From assembly GCF_006345805.1 (NCBI RefSeq), contig NW_021827636.1:1-10038 (forward strand): a DNA stretch of 10,038 bases. Direction: 5' to 3'. Made by a program: the position numbers and the translations under genes. Shown piece by piece: positions 1 to 8,125 of the stretch (its first letter is position 1; each line of letters opens with the position of its first letter). The DNA comes from Octopus sinensis (lineage: Eukaryota). Under the pieces are notes generated by a model, which was not told where the DNA came from, did no database searches, and saw only the letters and a list, made by a program, of their open reading frames with translations.

Positions 1-268
1 AACATTGATTGCATACGCACACACTCGAGGTAATACAGACACATATATGCGCGCGCGTGTGTGTGTGCAATACTTGCACTTTCATCCCAGAGATTTAGTG
101 TCATCAGGTCACTGACACAATGCTTCACGATTTATCCATCAATGGGCGATGAAGTCTTTTGGAGTGAAATACCTACACGCACCTTGGAGTGTGCTAAGCA
201 CGGCTATCTTTAAGAAAGAGAGAATTCGATACAGGATAGAGAGCAAAGCATTTTATTTTGTGCATAAA

Positions 269-595
269 TCCGGGACTTATTATTTTGTAAGCCCAGTACT
301 TATTCTATCGGTCTCTTTGCCGAACCGCTAGTTACGGGGACGTAACACACACCAGCATCGGTTGTCAAGCAATGCTAGGGGACAAACACAGACACACAAA
401 CACACACATACACATATATTATATATACATATATACGACAGGCTTCTTCAGTTTCCGTCTACCAAATCCACTCACAAGGCATTGGTCGGCCCGGGGCTAT
501 AGCAGAAGACAGTTGCCCAGATGCCACGCAGTGGATTGAACCCAGAACCATGTGGCTAGTTAGCAAGCTACTTACCACACAGCCACTCCTGCGCC
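269..595 (-). mobile_element. tRNA-derived SINE family A, copy A1 (3'-truncated)
   Basis: The reverse complement begins GGCGCAGGAGTGGCTGTGTGGTAAG (A box), then GGTTCAATCC (B box) and an internal (TA)/(TG) microsatellite. It aligns with the full copy at 4711-5138 up to ATAAGTCCCGGA. Confidence 0.92.

Positions 596-596
<1 letters not shown>

Positions 597-657
<61 letters not shown>
597..657. repeat. (ATT)n microsatellite
   Basis: Perfect trinucleotide run. Confidence 0.98.
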
Positions 658-660
<3 letters not shown>

Positions 661-1011
661 CGTTTATATATTGGTTGTGAAAGATTTTTTATGTGAAGTC
701 GTGTGTTGAAACAGATATTGTTATATTTTGGAATGGTCATTTTGCCAGTTTAGCCAATAAAAACACACGCACTATATATTTGGTGTTACTTTGCTTCAGT
801 GTTATTTATTTATTACATTAATCTTAATCTTATTTCAGCCAGAGTTCTTTCGTCACACTCCTGTGACCGCATCAGTGGTCCTTTGTTTTCTTCTTTCTTA
901 TTTGTGTGTCTCTCCTTACTAATATTTGTATCTTCTGTTTATATATGTTCGTGTAATTTGATTTTGTTTATTCTTTCTTTTCCTTTTTATTTTGTTCATG
1001 TTTACATCCAC
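658..1011 (-). mobile_element. Probable Penelope-like element terminal-repeat fragment or retrozyme-like insert
   Basis: Non-microsatellite island flanked on both sides by (TTA)n. It contains a minimal hammerhead fold (837-880) and a TATATAAA (938-945, minus strand) upstream of it. No RT or GIY-YIG coding sequence is visible. Confidence 0.5.
837..880 (-). ncRNA. Minimal type I hammerhead ribozyme-like motif (variant or degenerate core)
   Basis: Minus strand reads GA-CCA-CUGAUGCG-GUCACA-GGAG-UGUGAC-GAAA-GAAC-UC^UGG-CU. Stem I is CCA/UGG, stem II is 6 bp with a tetraloop, stem III is very short, and the cleavage triplet is CUC. The core is CUGAUGC rather than canonical CUGANGA. Confidence 0.62.
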
Positions 1012-1069
<58 letters not shown>

Positions 1070-1158
1070 CATTATTATTATTATTAAGTATGCTTGTATG
1101 TATGTATGTATGTATAACAACAATACTAGTAATAACAATAATAATAATAATAATAATA
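1012..1158. repeat. (TTA)n followed by (GTAT)n and imperfect (ATA)n
   Basis: Direct reading of the sequence. Confidence 0.93.
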
Positions 1159-1204
1159 AAACATTTTTTTTAATTTTAATTAAAAATTTTTTTTTAAATA
1201 AAAA

Positions 1205-1545
1205 TTTTTAAAATGTTCAAATTTAGCTGGAAAGACATGGTAACAAAAGCTGCAATATTAGAAATGCTGAAAATCCAAGAATATTTATTTTCGAATAAAG
1301 GGAATTAAAGGAGAAGGGTTCTTGCCCTGTTGACCGTGCACCCGTCACTTTTGTGGGGTTTTCCACGACGACCTTATAGCGCCTCCTCTATTGGAAGTTC
1401 AATAAATTCGTTTAATTTTTAATTATGTATGTTGTTTACATACTGTAAAACCCTTTATATCGTCCTGTTTTTGTCTTTTATGTTGTATGTCATTTAATGT
1501 GTTTTTTTGTATGTGAGTCCTTGTAGCTAACAAAGGAATAAATTA
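1205..1545 (+). mobile_element. Probable 3' end of an L1/Tx1-like LINE
   Basis: Short ORF remnant 1213-1308 (MFKFSWKDMVTKAAILEMLKIQEYLFSNKGN*; F-x-x-x-W resembles L1-clade ORF2 ends). A T-rich 3' UTR ends GAGTCCTTGTAGCTAACAAAGGAATAA followed by (ATT)n, similar to SINE B tails. The clade is inferred. Confidence 0.4.
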
Positions 1546-1603
1546 TTATTATTATTATTATTATTACTATTATTATTTTTATTATTACTATTATTATTAT
1601 TAT

Positions 1604-1691
1604 GTTATGTCTGACTTTTGCTTTGCATTTGTACAAGTTGGCTCCGAGTCTCACCCAGAGACCTCAAGAGGCAACAAGTTGGAAGTTTACG
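1604..1691 (-). mobile_element. Possible 3'-UTR-only fragment of another R4/Dong family
   Basis: 88-bp island between TAT runs. The minus strand GAGGTCTCTGGGTGAGACTCGGA...CATAAC(AT)AATAAT resembles recalled R4/Dong 3' UTRs. No protein evidence. Confidence 0.45.
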
Positions 1692-1728
1692 TATTATTAT
1701 TATTATTATTATTACTATTATTATTATA

Positions 1729-1776
<48 letters not shown>

Positions 1777-1777
1777 C

Positions 1778-2021
1778 ATTCAGTAGTTTTATTTTTATAT
1801 CATGCTTTCTCTTCACTACCGAGCGCTGCTCTGTGTGCCTTGGGTATGTGCTGTGATTTGTTGTGATGCTCTGATGGTTACTGTATTGAAAGTGTTCTGC
1901 GTAGGATGTGTGCACTGCCATAGTAGTGCAATTTTCTGTATGTTATATGTGTTTGTAAGTCCTGGTGTTTTTGTTATGTATTTGTCTGAATATTTTTTAT
2001 CATGCCTAATGCACCTACTAT
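1778..2021 (-). mobile_element. R4/Dong-clade non-LTR retrotransposon, 5'-truncated copy 1 (frameshifted)
   Basis: Closely similar to 2041-2284. Encodes IVGALGMI...HILRRTLSIQ* (stop 1878-1880) with a 1-nt deletion near 1995 and a 1-nt insertion near 1920. A ~100-nt 3' UTR runs into (AAT)n. Confidence 0.88.
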
Positions 2022-2040
2022 TATTATTATTATTATTATT

Positions 2041-2418
2041 ATTCAGTAGTTCTATTTTTATAGCGTACTTTCACTTCACTACCGAGCGCAGCTCTGTGTG
2101 CCTTGGGTATGTGCTGTGATTTGTTGTGATGTTCTGATGGTTATTGTATGGAAAGTGTTCTGCGTAGGATGTGTGCAGTGCCTAGTAGTGCAATTTTCTG
2201 TATGTTATATGTGTTTGTAAGTCCTGGTGTTTTTGTTATGTATTTGTCTGAATATTTTTTTATCATGCCTAATGCACCTACTATGATAGGAATTGTTTCT
2301 GTTTTCAGATTCCACATTCTAGTTACCTCTATTTCCAGGTCTTTGTATTTTGAGAGTTTCTCCATTTCTTTTAGAGACAAGTTGTCATCTGCCGGAATTG
2401 ATACATCAATTAGAAAGC
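2041..2418 (-). mobile_element. R4/Dong-clade non-LTR retrotransposon, 5'-truncated copy 2, C-terminal part of the restriction-like endonuclease
   Basis: Open frame FLIDVSIPADDNLSLKEMEKLSKYKDLEIEVTRMWNLKTETIPIIVGALG...IQKIALLGTAHILRRTLSIQ* (stop 2141-2143). It carries the D-x-x-x-P...K-x-x-KY endonuclease motif and the R4/Dong-type ending. Flanked by (TAA)n. Confidence 0.92.
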
Positions 2419-2468
<50 letters not shown>

Positions 2469-2469
<1 letters not shown>

Positions 2470-2742
2470 ATGCTAGTTTAATTGCTGGGTATCCTGTCTT
2501 GAAATTTGGCGACGAAAGACGAAAAAATAAAAATTCACCTCAGATCTTAGGATTCTTGCAAAAATAGCGGACAGTGCGTTTCTGCCTGTCGACAAAGCGC
2601 GGCTCAGTTCCATTATCTTTTAGTTTTTCTTGGTAGCAATTTCGAGGTGTACCAATTACCATGGCAATAATAGCAGTCTTAGACTTCTACAATCCATTCA
2701 ACTTTTGCGCTAGGTTCTGATATTCCTCTTTCTCTTTTTTTA
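2469..2742 (-). mobile_element. Old, degenerate R4/Dong-type 3' end (different subfamily)
   Basis: Minus frame from 2740 reads KKEKEEYQNLAQKLNGL*KSKTAIIAMVIGTP...RQK, then after a frameshift ARILRS. This is collinear with EKLSKYKDL...MW...IPIIVGALG...QK...AHILRR, with the conserved W replaced by TAG. Ends in (TAA)n. May extend to ~2830 (QIID-like remnant). Confidence 0.72.
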
Positions 2743-3089
2743 TTGGTTGTTGTTGTTGTTGTTGGCGTCTGTTATCTATTATTTGAGTTTGTTTTCCCAC
2801 TTTATATCGATGAAATAGGATTATAAAGCCGGTGCGTAACCCATTCCGTTGCATGCCTATAAGCTAGCTAACTGGCAAGCTAAAGGATTATTTAGATTAG
2901 CGATTAAAGTCTGAGTATTCACTTAAATTAGTTAATAACCCTTAATTACAAGATCAGGTGTGAAATTTTTGCAACGCTAAGCAAAAACAAAATAAAATAT
3001 AAATTTAAAGAAAAAAAAACAATTGTAATAACGAAAAAAATGGCGGTGACAAAATCTACTTACAACTATTACTACTACAATTACGGCAG

Positions 3090-3125
<36 letters not shown>

Positions 3126-3194
3126 GTAATGATAATAATAATAATAATAATAACAATAATAATAATAATAATAATAATAGTAATAGTAATAATA

Positions 3195-3232
<38 letters not shown>

Positions 3233-3239
3233 TACTATG

Positions 3240-3290
<51 letters not shown>

Positions 3291-3300
3291 TTATTATTAT
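3090..3300. repeat. Head-to-head (AAT)n/(ATT)n microsatellite forming an inverted repeat
   Basis: Imperfect (AAT)n at 3090-3230 directly followed by (ATT)n at 3231-3300. Confidence 0.95.
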
Positions 3301-3486
3301 TTCAAATTTCGGCACAAGAATAGTAGTTTTAAGGAGTGAGGAATAATCGAAAATATCGAGTCCAGTACTTGATTTGGTACTTTATTTTATCGATTCCGAA
3401 AGAATGAAAGGCAAAGTCGACCTCAACGGAATTTACCGCCGAACAGTTTGTTCGACGCGCTAATGATTCTACCAGTTCGCCGCCTT
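3300..3486 (-). mobile_element. tRNA-derived SINE family B, copy B1 (diverged, internal deletion)
   Basis: Minus strand AAGGCGGCGAACTGGTAGAATC...GTCGACTTTGCCTTTCATTCTTTCGGAATCGATAAAATAAAGTACC...CTTGTGCCGAAATTTGAA aligns with 4096-4309. Confidence 0.85.
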
Positions 3487-3501
3487 ACTAATGTCCAAAA
3501 T

Positions 3502-3732
3502 AATTCTTTATACTACAGGCACAAAGTCTAAAGTTTGGGAGCTATGCGGATTGTGGGCGGGGTGAGGGTGTAGTCGATTACACCCACTGTATTACTCGGC
3601 TGGTGCCTTTGGTTTTATATCGAAAGATAAAAGGCAAAGCAAAACCCAAATCGGTGGATTTTGAACTAAGAACGTGAAGAATCAGAAGAAATTTCAACTA
3701 AACATTTTGTCAAACGTACAAACGATTCTGCA
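3502..3732 (-). mobile_element. SINE B, copy B2 (highly diverged)
   Basis: Landmarks TAGTCGATTACA, AAAGGCAAAG, TTTGAACT-AGAACGT and AACGATTCTGC occur in family order. Confidence 0.75.
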
Positions 3733-3737
3733 ATAAA

Positions 3738-3804
<67 letters not shown>

Positions 3805-3805
<1 letters not shown>

Positions 3806-4019
3806 CCTTTCTATTATATATACAAGGCCTTAAGTTTTGGGTGATTCGACTAGTCGATTACATCGACCCCAGAATTTCACTGGTACTTAATCTATCGACC
3901 CGAAAGGATGAAAGGCAAAGTCGACCTCGGCGGAATTTGAACTCAGAACCTAAAGACAAGACGAAATACCGCTAAGCATTTCGCTCGACACACTAACGAT
4001 TCTGCCAGCTCGCCGCCTT
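3805..4019 (-). mobile_element. SINE B, copy B3 (full length)
   Basis: A box TGGCAGAATCG, B box GAGTTCAAATTCC, central GCCTTTCATCCTTTCGGGTCGATAG, and tail ...AATAGAAAGG(ATT)n. Flanked by AAT runs. Confidence 0.93.
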
Positions 4020-4047
4020 GATGATGATGATAATAATAATAATAATA

Positions 4048-4095
<48 letters not shown>

Positions 4096-4096
<1 letters not shown>

Positions 4097-4309
4097 GTTT
4101 CAAATTTTGCCACAAAGGTAACAATATTGGGGGAGGGTATGAGTCGATTACATCGACCCCAGTACGCAACTGGTACTTATTTTATCGACACTGAAAGGAT
4201 GAAAGACAAAGTCGACCTCGGCGGAATTTGATCTCAGAACGTAGCGGCAGAGGAAATACCGCCAAGCATTTTCCCCGGCGTGCTAACGATTCTGCCAGCA
4301 CGCCACCTT
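4096..4309 (-). mobile_element. SINE B, copy B4 (full length)
   Basis: Same head and body as B3 with an alternative tail ...TTTGTGGCAAAATTTGAAACC(ATT)n. Flanked by AAT runs. Confidence 0.93.
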
Positions 4310-4455
<146 letters not shown>

Positions 4456-4576
4456 TATTTGTTGAGAGAAATAAAAAGAAAAATATTTCTTAAAATTGGT
4501 AACCTAGAAACCTAGATATCAGCCCTACATCTACCCCCACCCTATAACTCAAATTTTCGATAAAATGTGTCAAATG

Positions 4577-4670
4577 GTGTTGTTGTTACTGCTGTTGTTA
4601 CTTAGCCCCGGGTTAGTCCTTATCTCGCAAACCTATAAACAATGTCGTTCCAGCGTTATGCATTCCTTTT
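4577..4670 (-). mobile_element. Possible 3' tail of another retroposon ending GGGGCTAA-(CAA)n
   Basis: Minus strand ...GCTGGAACGAC...ATAGGTTTGC...GGACTAACCGGGGCTAAGTAACAAC resembles a recalled octopus repeat tail. There is no second copy in the window to confirm it. Confidence 0.35.
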
Positions 4671-4710
4671 CTTTTTTCTCTCTCTTTTCTTCCTTTCATA
4701 TATATATATA

Positions 4711-4873
4711 GGCGCAGGAGTGGCTGTGTGGTAAGTAGCTTGCTAACCAACCACATGGTTCCGGGTTCAGTCCCACTGCGTGACACCTTAGGCAAGTGTC
4801 TTCTGCTATAGCCCCGGGCCGACCAATGCCTTGTGAGTGGATTTGGTAGACGGAAACTGAAAGAAGCCTATCG

Positions 4874-4914
<41 letters not shown>

Positions 4915-5138
4915 ATGTGTTTGTGTGTCTGTGTTTGTCCCCCTAGCATTGCTTGACAACCGATGCTGGTGTGTTTACGTCCCCGTCACCTAGCGGTTCG
5001 GCAAAATAGACCGATAGAATAAGTACTGGGCTTACAAAGAATAAGTCCCGGAGTCGATTTGCTCGACTAAAGGCGGTGCTCCAGCATGGCCGCAGTCAAA
5101 TGACTGAAACAAGTAAAAGAGTAAAAGAGTAAAAGAGT
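4711..5138 (+). mobile_element. SINE family A, full-length copy A2
   Basis: A box TGGCTGTGTGG (4721-4731), B box GGTTCAGTCC (4764-4773), CORE-like GACACCTTAGGCAAGTG, internal (TA)n(TG)n, 3' GGCGGTGCTCCAGCATGGCCGCAGT, and tail (GTAAAAGA)x3. Confidence 0.95.
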
Positions 5139-5167
5139 GTATCGAGGACTACGGTATTTAATGTGAC

Positions 5168-5364
5168 CTTTTATATTTTATTTTTTATTTCACTTATTAC
5201 ACTAGGGCCATGCTGTAGCACCGCCTAGGAGGGCTTTAACCATGCAAATCGGCCCTAGAGCACACATGTATATTTTAAAATCTGATAGTGATTTTATCGC
5301 TCATATTTGCCGAACCGCAAGGTTACAGGTACGTAAACAAACCGAGACTAATTGTCAAACAGTG

Positions 5365-5416
<52 letters not shown>

Positions 5417-5569
5417 CAACAGGATGGGCTTCTTTCAGTTTCCATCTACCAAGTCCACTCACAAGGTTTTGTCGTCCCGAGACTATATAGTAGAAGACTC
5501 TTGCCCAAGGTGCCACGCAGTGGGTCTGAAGCCGGAGTCAACTTCTTACCACACAGCCACGCCTGCGCC
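5168..5569 (-). mobile_element. SINE family A, diverged copy A3, tail-to-tail with A2
   Basis: GGCCATGCTGTAGCACCGCCT, TTTGCCGAACCGC, GCTTCTTTCAGTTTCC and CACACAGCCACGCCTGCGCC are reverse complements of A2 segments. Expanded (TA)n at 5368-5415; deletion in the tRNA region. Confidence 0.9.
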
Positions 5570-5973
5570 TACATACACACACACGCACACACACACACAC
5601 ATACACATACACACACACATAATACAATTAAGATTCAGTTGAATTAGGTACTTAAAATTGAGGCACCTTGTTAGGTCTAAGTAACATGCAAACTCTACAG
5701 TATTTAGTGAATATCAGACTCGGCGCACAAGTGCCGCCCACGTGATGTTCTTGCAGTGTCTGCAGATAATAAGATCCAGCTGAGCGAAGAAATCTGCTCT
5801 TAGCTATTCAGATATGTACTTTACACTAAAAATATTGTCTATAATATTTACGAAGCGCAGATTCCATGATAGGTGAATAAATTATGAGTAAAATAGAGGT
5901 ACAGGTGTCAATCCATTATGGCCGTTTCTAACGATTCTTGAATTGATTAATGAAAACATTACATTTTGTTTCT

Positions 5974-6075
5974 CCTCTCTCACACACACAACACCACACC
6001 ACAATATATATATAATATATATATGTGTGTGTGTTGTGTGGTGTTGTGTGTGTGTGTGTGTGGTGTTTATGTATA

Positions 6076-6153
<78 letters not shown>

Positions 6154-6158
6154 TATAT
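5974..6158. repeat. Compound (CA)/(TA)/(TG)/(TA) microsatellite
   Basis: Direct reading. Further (CA)/(TG) runs lie at 5571-5619 and 6343-6408. Confidence 0.95.
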
Positions 6159-6723
6159 GAATAATGTTCAGCCTACTTAAGCAGTCCGAAGGCATAGTAG
6201 TAGCTTACAATTACTTTTTATAAAGTATACGAATTAGGATTCCGCTAAATCGGTTCGTCTAATTTGCATGACACTACATATCCTAACAATGTGAATTAAG
6301 TATTTGATTCATTATACTCTCCTTAGTGACCCATATATGAATACACACACACATACACACGCATGTATGTATGTGTGTGTGCGCGTGCGCATACAGACAT
6401 ACATACACAAACTTATTACACGCAGTATCTTAATTGCAACGGACTACTTTAAGTTTCATGCTAGATGGAAGGTATCCGACTACGTAATACGTTAGAAAGA
6501 AAATGAATGTACATGAAATAGTAGCATCTCTTGAATGTATTAAGTGCTGTATTTTTACTTAGTCTTTTAAGAAATGAATAATCACTACGTGTGGTGGTGG
6601 TGGGGCGGAGGGTTGTGTGCCCGTATTGGTGTCGTGTCTGCTTGGCCAATAGTTTGAACCGACAACTTGTAAGCCGACCCTGAAACAGCTTCCTTTTCTG
6701 TAATGTCAACCATTTAAAAATAT

Positions 6724-7139
6724 ATATTTCTTTACTGCCCACAAGGGGCTAAACATAGAGGGGACAAACAAGGACAGACAAAGGGATTAAGTCGATTACA
6801 TCGACTCCAGTGCGAAACTGGTACTTTATTTATCGACCCCGGAAGGATGAAAGGCAAAGTCAACCTCGGCGGAATTAGAACTCAGAACGTAGCTGTAGAC
6901 GAAATACCTATTTCTTTACTATCCACAAGGGGCTAAACACAGAGGAGACAAACAAGGACAGACAGACGGATTAAGTCGATCACTTCGACCCCAGTGCGTT
7001 ACTGGTACTTATTTAATTGACCCCGAAAGGATGAAAGGCAAAGTCGACCTCGGCGGAATTTGAACTCCTAACGTAGCGGCAGACGCAATACGGCTACGCA
7101 TTTCTCCCGGCGTGCTAACGTTTCTACCAGCTCGCCACC
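6724..7139 (-). mobile_element. Dimeric SINE B with 10-bp target-site duplication
   Basis: Full unit 7139-6909 followed by a headless unit 6908-6724. TTAAAAATAT occurs at both 6714-6723 and 7140-7149. Confidence 0.93.
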
Positions 7140-7516
7140 TTAAAAATATTTAAGATTTAATAAATATTTAAAACGAATATATACATACACATACTCACAC
7201 ACACATATTCATACATACATTCCGTTATATCCACCATAGTTTTTATCTGTCGATCGTGTTGTATACTTCCACAAAGTGGCTAATAGTTTCGTCTTACATC
7301 TACGACCCTAACCACTGACACAATTTCACTGAAGTGGAGCAGCACTTTAAAATTAGTAAAGCCTGATCATATTCACAATAACAGCGTCATAACCCTGCAT
7401 GCCCTTCTTTAGACGTAGTCAGGATGAGTATCCAGAAAGAAGACACTTGCTTTTGTTGGTTCATGTGACCCAATAATGGAAATATCTCAGTGGATAACGC
7501 ATTCGACTATTTAGTA

Positions 7517-8125
7517 GCTGGAAGCACGTTCAAATCTTACGTACAGGCATTTCGTTATCCTTGAATCTAGATTGCTCTTTTTTGCTGATAATCTTTTCTA
7601 CTAAAGGCATAAGGCCTGAAAGTTTAGGGGAGGAAACTAGTCGATTACATCGACACCAGTGTTTCACTGGTACTTAATTAATCGACCCCGAAAGGCTGAA
7701 AGGCAAAGTCGACCTCGGAGGTATTAGAACTCAGAACGTAGCTGTAGACGAAATACCTATTTCTTTACTACCCACAAGGGGCTAAACAAACAGATGACAA
7801 ACAAGGACAGACAAACGGATTAAGTCGATTATATCGACCCCAGTGCGTAACTGGTACTTAATTTATCGACCCCGAAAGGATGAAAGGCAAAGTCGACCTC
7901 GGCGGAATTTGAACTCAGAACATAACGGTAGACGAAATACCGCTAAGCATTTCGCCCGGCATGTTTTGCTGACAATAAGTTCAATTCCCATGCAGATATT
8001 TCATTACTCCTAGGTTTGGAACACTTTGATCTGCTGATAGTAAGTTCAAATCTTGTCAAGGCATTTCATTGTCTCTGAGTGTAAGCCATTCCATTCTAAT
8101 GATAGTATGGCTAAATCATGTGATT
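7517..8125. repeat. Diverged ~65-bp tandem repeat interrupted by a SINE B dimer
   Basis: Units of the form GCTGAyArTAAGTTCAAATC...GGCATTTCATT start at 7517, 7584/7968 (the split unit) and 8033, with a weak unit at 8098. Confidence 0.65.
7593..7963 (-). mobile_element. Dimeric SINE B, 5'-truncated, with 13-bp target-site duplication
   Basis: Units 7963-7758 and 7757-7593. TTTTGCTGATAAT (7580-7592) matches TTTTGCTGACAAT (7964-7976) with one mismatch. The A box is missing. Confidence 0.92.

Noticed and set aside
60-115. Second hammerhead-like motif on the minus strand (CUGAUGA...GAAA-GUGCAA-GUA-UUGCAC)
   Set aside because: Stem II does not pair, the required U of the NUH site is A, and there is no stem I. 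Probably chance.
459-1921. ORFs with poly-N, poly-L, poly-Y and poly-I tracts
   Set aside because: These are translations of (ATT)n microsatellites and adjacent repeats.
2148-2567. 139-aa + strand ORF
   Set aside because: It is the antisense of the Dong endonuclease fragment plus microsatellite.
3111-3323. Poly-Ile ORF
   Set aside because: Microsatellite translation.
4711-4785. tRNA gene
   Set aside because: A and B boxes are present, but the acceptor stem is incomplete and the sequence continues into the SINE body in several copies.
4613-5642. Similar short ORFs (CPRCHAVGL..., STKSTHK...) recurring in the window
   Set aside because: These are antisense readings of SINE A copies, not a gene family.
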